A DNA stretch of 64,000 bases from a bacterium (GCA_963651445.1 CAVJPU010000007.1:33-64032); one strand, 5' to 3'. Shown: positions 20,569 through 28,871, numbered from the stretch's first letter. The notes: generated by a model from the letters alone, not told the origin. Translations and numbers: made by a program.

Positions 20569-20594
20569 TCACTAAAAGTGAACACTTATTCACT
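20569..20594. promoter_or_regulatory. overlapping palindromes, candidate operator upstream of the hydrolase-KAS III-Liv operon
   Basis: TCACT-AAA-AGTGA overlaps AGTGAA-N6-TTCACT. Confidence 0.3.
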
Positions 20595-20611
20595 GCAAAC
20601 ATTAAAAATTA

Positions 20612-20640
20612 ATGAAAAAGCCCTTACAATTTTTGCAAGG
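20612..20640 (-). terminator. terminator after the metal ABC operon
   Basis: ccttacaa-ttt-ttgcaagg hairpin, followed on the minus strand by CTTTTTC. Confidence 0.55.
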
Positions 20641-20663
20641 ACTTTGACTTTTTGACTGACAAA

Positions 20664-21482
20664 TTATGAGTGTTTGGCTTTAAGGAGTTGAATCCCTTTG
20701 ATGATGCCTTTGACGATTAGGACGATGGCAAGGACAGCCACCGCCAATAAGACGATGGTGGCTCCTGGAGCCCAGTCCAAATAATAGGAAATCGTAAGTC
20801 CGGTAAGCATGGTCGCAACCGAGACCAAGACCCCTAAAATAAGGGTGAATTTATAGCCTTTCTTGAAGACTAAGGCAATCGCACAAGGAAGAATGATCAT
20901 CGAAGCAATTACCAATGAGCCAACGATTTTTTCGCCAATCGCCACCGTTAATCCTAATAAAACGGAGTGGGCGAGATTAAGAAGACCGGTCTTGATGCCA
21001 CGGACTTTAGCCTCGTCTTTCGAATACCATAAGGCGAATAGCTGCGGTCCGAAAAGAAGAGTAAAGATGACGATTACGCCAGTTAAAACAGCAGTGATAA
21101 TTAATTGTTCTTTATCAATAAGAATAATTGATCCGAAAAGATAGGTACTGAGGTTGGAAACACCTGCTTTGTTTGACAATATTCCGACTAATCCTATCGC
21201 TGCGCTTAATACGACCACCAAACCTATTTCGACATATTTAGAAAAATAATTTCTGAGCAACTCGACAATGATTAAAGCCACGATGGTGGTGACAATGGAA
21301 ACCCAAGTGGTGTTCAATCCAGCCGCCAAGCCGATGGCGACACCAGCTAAGGCTGAGTGGGCTAAAGCGTCGCCCGAATCGGCGATGCCTTTGAAGATGG
21401 CCCCGCTTCCGATAAGAGGAAGGGCCATGCCTAATAAAAGAGCCGCGATGAAGGCGATCTGCATGAAATCATAACTCAACAT
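20664..21482 (-). CDS. metal (Zn/Mn-type) ABC transporter permease (ZnuB/TroC family)
   Basis: Polytopic protein. Start taken at MLSYDFMQIAF (ATG 21482), which overlaps the ATPase gene end. The track ORF extends to 21530. Confidence 0.88.
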   Translation of the reverse strand: MLSYDFMQIAFIAALLLGMALPLIGSGAIFKGIADSGDALAHSALAGVAIGLAAGLNTTWVSIVTTIVALIIVELLRNYFSKYVEIGLVVVLSAAIGLVGILSNKAGVSNLSTYLFGSIILIDKEQLIITAVLTGVIVIFTLLFGPQLFALWYSKDEAKVRGIKTGLLNLAHSVLLGLTVAIGEKIVGSLVIASMIILPCAIALVFKKGYKFTLILGVLVSVATMLTGLTISYYLDWAPGATIVLLAVAVLAIVLIVKGIIKGIQLLKAKHS

Positions 21483-22131
21483 GGTGATGCCCCCTTTCCA
21501 GCTCTTCTTGATAAGAAAGGATCTCTCCATCTTCGATGAAGTAGATACGATCAGCGTTTTCTAAGTCATGTGGATGATGGGAAACGAACAATAAGCCAAT
21601 GCCTTTTTTATGGAGGTATTCCACCGTTTCCATCAAACGTTCATGGGAACGTTCATCCATACCGGCATCTGGTTCATCAAGAACCACCAAGGATGGGTCG
21701 GAAACTAAGGCACGAGCCACCTTAACCCTTTGGGCTTGCCCACCGGACAAATCGGTGACCAAACGACGTTTAAGGTCGGTTAGTTCCATCTCGGCCATTA
21801 TGTCTTTGATCTTTTGTTTGTCCTTTTTGGTCAAGAACGGATGGATTTTGCCAGAGGTTAACCCTGAAGCGATGACTTCCTCCACCGTAGCAGGGAAGGA
21901 TTCATCATTCGCCCCTGTGGTTTGGGGGATATAGCTGATTCTTTTCTCGTTGATGGTGACTTTGCCAGTTTGAGGCTTAAGCAAGCCGATGGCCAAGCGA
22001 AGGAAGGTGGATTTGCCGCCGCCATTCGGGCCAAGAATGCCGATGAATTCGCCATCGTTTAAAAGGAAGTCGACGTTGTTCAAGACTTCGAGCTTATCGA
22101 ATGAGAATGATACGTTTTCGAATTTGATCAT
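21469..22131 (-). CDS. metal ABC transporter ATP-binding protein (ZnuC family)
   Basis: GPNGGGKST, LSGGQAQR, LVVLDEPDAGMD. His-rich C-terminal end (ERGHHHVEL). Confidence 0.9.
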   Translation of the reverse strand: MIKFENVSFSFDKLEVLNNVDFLLNDGEFIGILGPNGGGKSTFLRLAIGLLKPQTGKVTINEKRISYIPQTTGANDESFPATVEEVIASGLTSGKIHPFLTKKDKQKIKDIMAEMELTDLKRRLVTDLSGGQAQRVKVARALVSDPSLVVLDEPDAGMDERSHERLMETVEYLHKKGIGLLFVSHHPHDLENADRIYFIEDGEILSYQEELERGHHHVEL

Positions 22132-22997
22132 TGTCCTGCCTCCTTTATCTTTTCAAAGTTCTCTTTGTATATCGAGCAATAGGTATCCCCTTCATTGACG
22201 GATTCCATAGTCGATAGGGTCTCTAGTTTGCAGCCAGTTTCTTTAGCTATCTTCTCGGCGATGGCTTTGCTTCCTATCTCTTCGGCGAAGATGGTACTTA
22301 TCTTATATTCTTTGACCACCGAGATTATCTCTTCTAAGGTCTTGGTGGTTGGCTCCTGGCTAGGGTCTAGCCCATTGACCGCGATTTGAGTCAATTCGTA
22401 GCGGTCCGCCATATAGCCGAAGGCCGCATGGCTCACGCATAAATATTTATTATTAAGGTTATTGGCGATCGCTTCGCACTCCGTATCGAGAGCGGTTATT
22501 TTGTTTACGGCCTCATTGTAATTTGATAGGTAGCTGGCTGAATTCGAAGAATCCAAGGAAATCATCGTATCCTTGATGGTTTCTAATTCTTTTATAGCGT
22601 TTTTGGGGTTTAACCAGATATGAGGATCTACGTTACCATTGATGGTTAATGTATCAATGCCATCAGATAGATTGTAGGTTTTATCTTTGGCGGTTTTTGG
22701 GAGATTATCCGCCCAGCTTTCCATCTTCAAGCCATTGACGAAGAGACATAATCCGTCATAGATTCTTGCGATCTTTCTGGCGGATATCTCATAGTCGTGG
22801 GCTTCTACCCCACCAGGAGTGACCAACTCGATAGGCTTGATATCTCCGACTATCTCTTTGACCAAGATATAAACAGGCGAAGAAGAAACGAAAACGGTGT
22901 CAGGATTGGCCTTTTCGTTGCACGAAGTCAATGACAACAAAGCCATTGCGACTGACGGATATATGAATGAATATTTGCTTAATTTGGATTTATTCAT
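22128..22997 (-). CDS. metal ABC substrate-binding lipoprotein (ZnuA/TroA cluster-9 family)
   Basis: Lipobox LTSC. Family-typical HDYE, DPHIWL and SHAAFGY motifs. Confidence 0.85.
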   Translation of the reverse strand: MNKSKLSKYSFIYPSVAMALLSLTSCNEKANPDTVFVSSSPVYILVKEIVGDIKPIELVTPGGVEAHDYEISARKIARIYDGLCLFVNGLKMESWADNLPKTAKDKTYNLSDGIDTLTINGNVDPHIWLNPKNAIKELETIKDTMISLDSSNSASYLSNYNEAVNKITALDTECEAIANNLNNKYLCVSHAAFGYMADRYELTQIAVNGLDPSQEPTTKTLEEIISVVKEYKISTIFAEEIGSKAIAEKIAKETGCKLETLSTMESVNEGDTYCSIYKENFEKIKEAGQ

Positions 22998-23004
22998 CTA
23001 TTGA

Positions 23005-23033
23005 AATATACCTATTTAGGTTGTGATATTCAA
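23005..23033 (-). promoter_or_regulatory. promoter of the metal ABC operon with embedded 12-bp palindrome; apparently leaderless
   Basis: Minus strand reads TTGAAT - 17 nt - TATATT - 7 nt - ATG. The palindrome ACCTAtttAGGT (23010-23021) sits in the spacer/-10. No SD present. Confidence 0.45.
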
Positions 23034-23079
23034 ACAAAGTGAGCGTATTATATGGACATTCTTAAGAAAGGCAACCCCT

Positions 23080-23583
23080 ATGGCAAAGAAGGAAAAACCC
23101 AAGAAGGAATACACCAAAGCCCAGCAAGTCTGGATCCAAATCGGCAAGTTCGTCCTCTTTGAGGCCAGCGCTGGCATCATCCAATTCGGTTCCTTCACCT
23201 TGATGCACGAGGTCATCTGCCCTAAGTGGTCTTATTGGCCGGTATATCTGATATCCGTTGTCTTATCGGTCATTTGGAGTTTCACCTTCAATAGGAAATA
23301 CACCTTCAAATCCGCGGCCAATGTGCCTATCGCCATGTTGGAAGTATTGGCTTTCTACGCCGTATTCATTCCAGCGTCTACTTACTTGGGTTCATTAGCC
23401 ATCGGCGAAAGCCTTCAATCCTTCACCGTTGATGGTTGGAAATATTACGTATGCCTAGCCGTGACGATGATTATCAACTTCGTTCTCGAATTCGTTTGGG
23501 AAAAATTTTTTGTCTTCAGAAAAAAGAAAGAGAAGAAGCCTCGAGTAGAAAGCGGCAATCCAAACGAAGATCATAAAGAGTAA
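23080..23583 (+). CDS. GtrA-family membrane protein
   Basis: Four TM helices and the family motif WSFTFNRKYTFKS. Start chosen at MAKKEKPKK; the track ORF begins at 23023. Confidence 0.78.
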   Translation: MAKKEKPKKEYTKAQQVWIQIGKFVLFEASAGIIQFGSFTLMHEVICPKWSYWPVYLISVVLSVIWSFTFNRKYTFKSAANVPIAMLEVLAFYAVFIPASTYLGSLAIGESLQSFTVDGWKYYVCLAVTMIINFVLEFVWEKFFVFRKKKEKKPRVESGNPNEDHKE

Positions 23584-23768
23584 ATAAAACAGGGGTTTGA
23601 ATTCCCTGCTTTTTTGTTACTTGTAAGTTTTGATTGGGGTTCTCGCATCGCGTGCCGCACGCATATCTCCGAGGCGTTCGCCTGATCGATGGACTCCAGG
23701 GCTTGGTTCGCCGCCGGCCCGTTGATGGACGAGGCGGCCAGGAATGCTGCTGCCAGGTTCAATATCAT
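23571..23768 (-). CDS. questionable small ORF (65 aa) in a G+C-rich patch, preceded by a strong SD
   Basis: AAAGGAGAAAACAC-ATG lies directly after the stop of the lipoprotein gene. The ORF reads through the convergent terminator into the gtrA 3' end, so its true extent and reality are unclear. Confidence 0.3.
   Translation of the reverse strand: MILNLAAAFLAASSINGPAANQALESIDQANASEICVRHAMREPQSKLTSNKKAGNSNPCFIYSL
23590..23616 (+). terminator. terminator after the gtrA-like gene
   Basis: caggg-N9-ccctg followed by CTTTTTTG. Confidence 0.65.
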
Positions 23769-23780
23769 GTGTTTTCTCCT

Positions 23781-24227
23781 TTATTCTATGAACTCATCAA
23801 ATAGGAAGCCTACGAAATCTCCCGGAAGGAAGTGCCATTCGTCATTTTTAAAGCATACAGCCCCTACTGTAATTCCGTATCCTATGTATTTGATGATTCG
23901 AGCTTCGCTTTTCGTGGTTATTGTAATTTCTAGGAAATCCCCCCATTTTCTGTCTTCATCGAAATCCATCAATTCTTCTTTGTATGGCATGTTTTGAACA
24001 CCGATTAAATTTTCTTTTATGGCTTCGGTGTTGTTGGTTGTTTTTGTCTCGTCCGTGTGCTCGCGATAATCGTTTGCGTTGCCGATATAATGTGCAGAAT
24101 ACAGCAGCACGTCTTCTGGCTCTATGTTCAAATTGATCCTCGGCCAATCCCTGGTATCATGACCGCAAGAAATCAGAGACAACCCCAAGATAGGTGTTGC
24201 GATCAATCCTAAGAACTTGTTTTTCAT
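23781..24227 (-). CDS. small lipoprotein, unknown function
   Basis: Signal peptide plus lipobox LSLISC. 148 aa. Confidence 0.7.
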   Translation of the reverse strand: MKNKFLGLIATPILGLSLISCGHDTRDWPRINLNIEPEDVLLYSAHYIGNANDYREHTDETKTTNNTEAIKENLIGVQNMPYKEELMDFDEDRKWGDFLEITITTKSEARIIKYIGYGITVGAVCFKNDEWHFLPGDFVGFLFDEFIE

Positions 24228-24337
24228 GTGCCGCTCCTTTCACCAACAAAAGGCGTGGTTTCCCAAACACATTATAGCATGAGAAAAACTATTGTTGTAA
24301 ATCGCCAAAAAGGTAACCGTTTGTTCAATTCAAACAA

Positions 24338-24379
24338 CAAAAATAGCCCCATTCCAGAGAATCGGTTTGGGGCTTTTTA
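24338..24379 (-). terminator. terminator after the GLUG surface protein gene
   Basis: agcccca-N16-tggggct with flanking A-run and T-run. Confidence 0.6.
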
Positions 24380-24396
24380 ATATTGATCAGAACCAA

Positions 24397-27300
24397 TTAG
24401 GCCTGTTTGGTGATGGTTTGGAAGTCATATGGTCCATCGCCGTCATCGAAGGAACCACTCATAGTCCCAGTGCTGGTCTTATAAGTGAGTTCGTAGTCAT
24501 AGTCACCGACCGTGAATTTAATGGTATAGCCAGTGCTGGTTTCGGTCACGGTGTAGGTAAAGGCCGTTCCGCCATAAGTGCCGGTCTTATCGGCATTAAG
24601 AACTAAAGTAACAGTCGCATAAGCGCTCTTGCAGCTCCAAGTGCCAACATAAGCAGGGGTTTCCTCTTCGGCCTGTTTAGTCATCTTTGGATTGTAAACA
24701 TTATCGCCATAATCACCAGAGAGGTGGAGGGAAAGGGTCCCATCGTCATTGAAAGTGAAAGTATTTTCGTCTCCGCTGTCATCGAAATTGCCAAAATCGC
24801 TTATGGTGCCCTTCTTGGTGGACTCATCATAAGTCCAGGTAAAGTTGTAAGTGTTGGTGCCGTCATTCCAAGTGCCAGTGCCATTGTCGCTTAAGACCAT
24901 GACGTTGTTGTTGGAATCTTTCCAAGTGCCGATTAAGGCCGCTTGGCCTGTAGGGGTGGTATCTCCGCCTTCGTCTCCGCCGCTGGATTCCTTGGTGACG
25001 GAATCGAAGACGGTTTCTTCGTAATCATACTCATAAGAGCCAGACATGGTACCATCGGCAGTTTTGTACTTAAGGGTGACTTCAGTATCGCCGACGGTGA
25101 AAGTTATGGTGTAGCCAGTGGTGGTCGCTTCGACAGAATAAGTAGAGGCGGTACCGTTGTATTCGCAGCTGCCATCGGCGTTCAAGACGATGGTGAAAGA
25201 ACTGGTTCCGCGCTTGGCAATCCAAGTACCTAACGCTTCAGCCGGAAGAGTGACTGGGGTTGGGGCGACCTTCTCGGTGAGAGTGGTGCCGGAAACGGTA
25301 TAGACAGTTCCGCCGATGGTGACTTCGCTGCCTTCGCTCATATCACCGGTAATGGTGACAAGCTTGCCATCTTTGATGGCGTAGTTCTTCGAAGCAGTGG
25401 AATAGACCTTAACTTTGCTATCAGAAGAAGAATAGGTCTTATCGATGGCTTCTCTGGCACCGAAATAATCGGAGTTATAGAAGACATCGTTAGTGGCATC
25501 ATAATTCAAACCATCAGCCATCAATCTGGCCGGGACTCTGATGTTGAAGGTGCCGTCAGCCAATTTGGTGAAACCACCGGTCCATTCAGTGGTGGAGGTA
25601 GTGCTGTATCCAGAAGCCGTTCCGTCTTCTTTCAAGATAACATAGTTGCCATTGCTGAAGTAATAGGTTCCTAAGAAGGATTCATTGGAATAATCAGGGA
25701 CAACGAAGGTGGTAGAACTCTTGGTTCCGGTGTAGGCATAATCGTAGTCATTGATATCATAGCCAGTGATCTTGCCGTTTTCTAACTTGAAGATTTCGCC
25801 TTCGAAATCACCGCCCTCGCCAATGAAGATATAGGTTCCATCGAAGGTATAGCTGTATTTGTAAATCTCATAGTACCTATTCTGCCAATAGAAGGTATCT
25901 TCGGTGAAGTGCCAAGTTCCAGTGATCGATGAACCGATAGTATAGTTCCAAGTTCCGAGCAAAACGCTCAAATCACCATAAGAGGCATAGAGGGTGGTAT
26001 CAGCGACGAATGGGGTGTACCAGGTATAAGCCTGTTTGCCTTCTTTGTCGTAGAACATACCGACATAAGAATAGCCGGATCTCTTGAATTCTTTGCTAGT
26101 GATGGCCGAGACGGCGGAGTGGTCATAAACGCCGTTGGAGGCGGTGATACTTTCTCCGGCACCGCCTTCGTAGTTAGCGTCCATCTTGACGTTGACTTTC
26201 TTATCGGAGCCAGCGTATTCGCCTAAGACGACCTTGCCATCTTTATAGGACCAGCTGGAGGATAATCCAGCGGCGGAAATGGCGGCTTCGCCCTTCTCGG
26301 CGGCTTCGCCATCAACGCCAGAGACATCGCTGCCCTTGGTGTCGTTCTTGGCATAGTTGGCATAATTGACGGTGCCTAAAGTATCGTCATCGTCATCATA
26401 ACCATTCTTATAGGAATAGCCGATAACCGAGCCGGCATAGGACTTGTAGACGGTGCTAGAAGAGCCAGCGGCGGAAATCTCGCTGAAGCCAGCGAAGTTA
26501 TGCAAGACCGCGGACTCATAATAGCCCTGACCGACGATACCACCAGCATAAGCGCCATCGGTATCGGTAGCCTTAAGGTATTCGCCTTCGGCGTAGCAGT
26601 CGATAACTGAGGTGTAATAGGATAACGAAGCGGTGATGCCACCGACAGCGGTACCACCGGTGATGTTTCCGGAATAGTAGCAAGAAGCGATATATTCGAT
26701 GCCGATGGATTGGCTGCTTCTCATGGTACCAAGACCACCGGAGATGCCACCGACGGCGTTGCTGGTGTCAGCCGCATCGGACATATCGGAATTGATATTA
26801 ACAATGGCTGAAGAATTCCTGACTCCGACCGAATAGTTGCCACCGGCATATAAGATGCCAGCGATGCCACCGACGAACAAATAAGAAGTGGAATTCTGGG
26901 CGGAAGTTAAATCGATGGAACCTTCCACCGAGACGTTCTCGATGCTGGTGTTATAACCATAACCGACAAGACCGCCTACGAAGATTTGGGATTTGGCACC
27001 CATTGGGGCTAAGTCATAATCAATGGTGATGCTTAAGTCGCTGACATAAGCGCCTTGGGCATAGCCGAATAAGCCATAAGCGGTGATGCCTTTATCGAAC
27101 TTGTCAAAGATAACGCCGCTAATCTTGTGGCCGTTGCCATCAAACGATCCATTGAATGGAACGCTGGATGAGCCGACCGGGGAGATTTCCGTACCGCTTA
27201 AATCGATATCGGCTCCCAATTTGTAATAGACGGTTTCGCTTGGGGCGGCAGTCAAAGCGTTGTAGGCTGCCACGAAATCGCCATATTGCTTAGCGCTGGA

Positions 27301-27435
27301 AATGACATATGGATCGGCTTTGGTGCCAGAACCGGTCATCTCATCGACGCTAGATGAACCTCCATCAATAGAATCTGAGGAGTCTGAATTATCGGAAGAC
27401 CCCCCCCCGAAATTGAGGAGTTGTCCTCTCCGCAA
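24397..27435 (-). CDS. large surface protein with GLUG-motif repeats and C-terminal lipocalin-like repeats; main reading frame, disconnected from its signal peptide
   Basis: 1012-aa ORF. It has repeated GG(L/I)(V/A)G..... modules (GGLVGYGYNTSIENV, VGGIAGILYAG, VGGITASL, AGGIVGQGY). Three GTW-initiated ~85-aa modules lie at the C-terminus. The track start (TTG 27435) has no SD or signal peptide. Confidence 0.85.
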   Translation of the reverse strand: MRRGQLLNFGGGSSDNSDSSDSIDGGSSSVDEMTGSGTKADPYVISSAKQYGDFVAAYNALTAAPSETVYYKLGADIDLSGTEISPVGSSSVPFNGSFDGNGHKISGVIFDKFDKGITAYGLFGYAQGAYVSDLSITIDYDLAPMGAKSQIFVGGLVGYGYNTSIENVSVEGSIDLTSAQNSTSYLFVGGIAGILYAGGNYSVGVRNSSAIVNINSDMSDAADTSNAVGGISGGLGTMRSSQSIGIEYIASCYYSGNITGGTAVGGITASLSYYTSVIDCYAEGEYLKATDTDGAYAGGIVGQGYYESAVLHNFAGFSEISAAGSSSTVYKSYAGSVIGYSYKNGYDDDDDTLGTVNYANYAKNDTKGSDVSGVDGEAAEKGEAAISAAGLSSSWSYKDGKVVLGEYAGSDKKVNVKMDANYEGGAGESITASNGVYDHSAVSAITSKEFKRSGYSYVGMFYDKEGKQAYTWYTPFVADTTLYASYGDLSVLLGTWNYTIGSSITGTWHFTEDTFYWQNRYYEIYKYSYTFDGTYIFIGEGGDFEGEIFKLENGKITGYDINDYDYAYTGTKSSTTFVVPDYSNESFLGTYYFSNGNYVILKEDGTASGYSTTSTTEWTGGFTKLADGTFNIRVPARLMADGLNYDATNDVFYNSDYFGAREAIDKTYSSSDSKVKVYSTASKNYAIKDGKLVTITGDMSEGSEVTIGGTVYTVSGTTLTEKVAPTPVTLPAEALGTWIAKRGTSSFTIVLNADGSCEYNGTASTYSVEATTTGYTITFTVGDTEVTLKYKTADGTMSGSYEYDYEETVFDSVTKESSGGDEGGDTTPTGQAALIGTWKDSNNNVMVLSDNGTGTWNDGTNTYNFTWTYDESTKKGTISDFGNFDDSGDENTFTFNDDGTLSLHLSGDYGDNVYNPKMTKQAEEETPAYVGTWSCKSAYATVTLVLNADKTGTYGGTAFTYTVTETSTGYTIKFTVGDYDYELTYKTSTGTMSGSFDDGDGPYDFQTITKQA

Positions 27436-27500
27436 GCACTTAAAAAACCTACGAGTGCCAAAGCGGCGAGAGGGAATAAGACCTTTTTAGTTTTAAACAT
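27336..27500 (-). CDS. 54-codon ORF encoding the lipoprotein signal peptide of the GLUG protein, out of frame with the main ORF
   Basis: GGAGGAAAACT-ATG(27500) then MFKTKKVLFPLAALALVGFLSAC GEDNSSIS-GGG. After the G-run the frame gives nonsense and stops at 27336. G10 or G7 would fuse it in frame to ...GGGSSDNSDSS of the 1012-aa ORF. Confidence 0.8.
   Translation of the reverse strand: MFKTKKVLFPLAALALVGFLSACGEDNSSISGGGLPIIQTPQILLMEVHLASMR
27400..27408 (-). repeat. G9 homopolymer (C9 on plus strand) inside the 5' end of the GLUG lipoprotein gene
   Basis: Counted directly: C at 27400 plus eight C at 27401-27408. It lies exactly at the junction between the signal-peptide frame and the main ORF frame. 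Confidence 0.95.
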
Positions 27501-27502
27501 AG

Positions 27503-27545
27503 TTTTCCTCCGTCTTAACGAGCCGCATTATAGCGAGGAGGAAAA
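27503..27545 (-). promoter_or_regulatory. 9-bp perfect inverted repeat able to sequester the SD of the GLUG lipoprotein gene; TATAAT in the loop
   Basis: On the mRNA strand, TTTTCCTCC (27545-27537) is followed by 25 nt and then GGAGGAAAA (27511-27503, the SD). The loop contains TATAAT (27532-27527). Confidence 0.4.
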
Positions 27546-27773
27546 TTATTTAAACAATTAATTAATTAAATTACTTTTTTGTTTTGCTTTATAACTTTTC
27601 GAAAGCCTTTTTTGGCTGTTTTGGATGCTTTTAATAGAAACGTGTGCCAAAGAAATTGGATTATCTGGAGCATTTAAGCAAATACGAAAAAAAACGAAAA
27701 ATGCAATGTTTTACTGTATTTGTAATAAATAATTGATCTTTCTTTGACGGAGAATCTCCAAGCTACTTTATTT

Positions 27774-27804
27774 ATCTCCAAAAATGTGTTATCTTTTTGG
27801 TGAT
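27774..27804 (+). repeat. 31-bp palindromic element, copy 1 (immediately upstream of the fic RBS)
   Basis: ATCTCCAAAAA-TGTGTTATC-TTTTTGGTGAT. It has the same architecture and length as copy 2. Confidence 0.7.
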
Positions 27805-27824
27805 ACTTAAAAGGAGGCAATATT

Positions 27825-28871
27825 ATGACAAGAAAATTTGACTATTCAAAACTCTTAGATAGAAAGTTCGATGCAGAGACGATCAATTACATCGGTCTTA
27901 TTCACGAGTGCAAAGGCAGACAACAGCTCTATCTCGAACAAAGAAAAGAAGATTTGGACAAGCTCGTTGAGATATCTAAAGTTCAAAGCACCGAAGCCTC
28001 CAACGAAATCGAAGGTATTGTAACAACCAATCAGAGATTGGCGATGCTGATGAAAGATAAAACAACCCCAAGGAATAGAGATGAAAAGGAAATTAACGGT
28101 TATCGCTACGCCTTGAATTTGATACACGAGAATTTCAACTATATCCCAATTAGGCCCAATTTTCTTCTCCAACTTCACAAAGAAATGTATCAATTTCTCG
28201 ACGTGAGGTTCGGTGGCAAATTCAAAGATACACCAAACGAAATAGATGCAACGTACCCCAACGGAGAGAAGGTAGTTTTGTTCAAACCCCTCGAGCCGTA
28301 TGAAACTCCGGAAGCTATCGAAAAAATATGCGAAGAATATAATAAAGCTATCAAAAAATACAATATCGATCCTTTGATTGTTATTCCCGTCTTCATTCAT
28401 GACTTTCTTTGCATCCACCCCTTCAACGATGGTAATGGGAGAATGTCCAGATTGCTTACCACACTTCTTCTTTATCAAAACGGTTATGTTGTTGGTAGAT
28501 ACATTTCTTTAGAAAAGAAGATCCAAATTTCTAAGAATGATTACTATGCCGCGTTGCAAGAAAGTTCTTCCGGCTGGATGGAGTCTAATAACGACGATTC
28601 TCCTTTTATAAAATACCTGCTCGGAACAATTCTTTCCGCCTATAGAGATTTTGAAAACAGAGTAAATATGGTCGGCGTTAAACAAAGTGCTAGAGAAATG
28701 GTTGAAAAAGCGGTTAGATCCAAAATCGGCAAATTCACCAAAAACGACATTATGGAAATGTGCCCTGAAATCGGAAGAGGTTCGGTTGAACAATCTTTAA
28801 AAGCCTTGTGTGATGAAGGCATAATCAAAAAGGAAGGTAGTGCCAGAGCCACTTTCTATCACTTGGTATAA
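27825..28871 (+). CDS. fic: Fic family protein (AMPylase-type) with N-terminal inhibitory-helix motif and C-terminal winged-helix region
   Basis: Fic motif HPFNDGNGRMSR. N-terminal SNEIEG fits the [ST]xxxE[GN] auto-inhibition motif. RBS AAAGGAGG. The gene and its flanks are visibly more AT-rich than neighbouring genes. Confidence 0.9.
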   Translation: MTRKFDYSKLLDRKFDAETINYIGLIHECKGRQQLYLEQRKEDLDKLVEISKVQSTEASNEIEGIVTTNQRLAMLMKDKTTPRNRDEKEINGYRYALNLIHENFNYIPIRPNFLLQLHKEMYQFLDVRFGGKFKDTPNEIDATYPNGEKVVLFKPLEPYETPEAIEKICEEYNKAIKKYNIDPLIVIPVFIHDFLCIHPFNDGNGRMSRLLTTLLLYQNGYVVGRYISLEKKIQISKNDYYAALQESSSGWMESNNDDSPFIKYLLGTILSAYRDFENRVNMVGVKQSAREMVEKAVRSKIGKFTKNDIMEMCPEIGRGSVEQSLKALCDEGIIKKEGSARATFYHLV

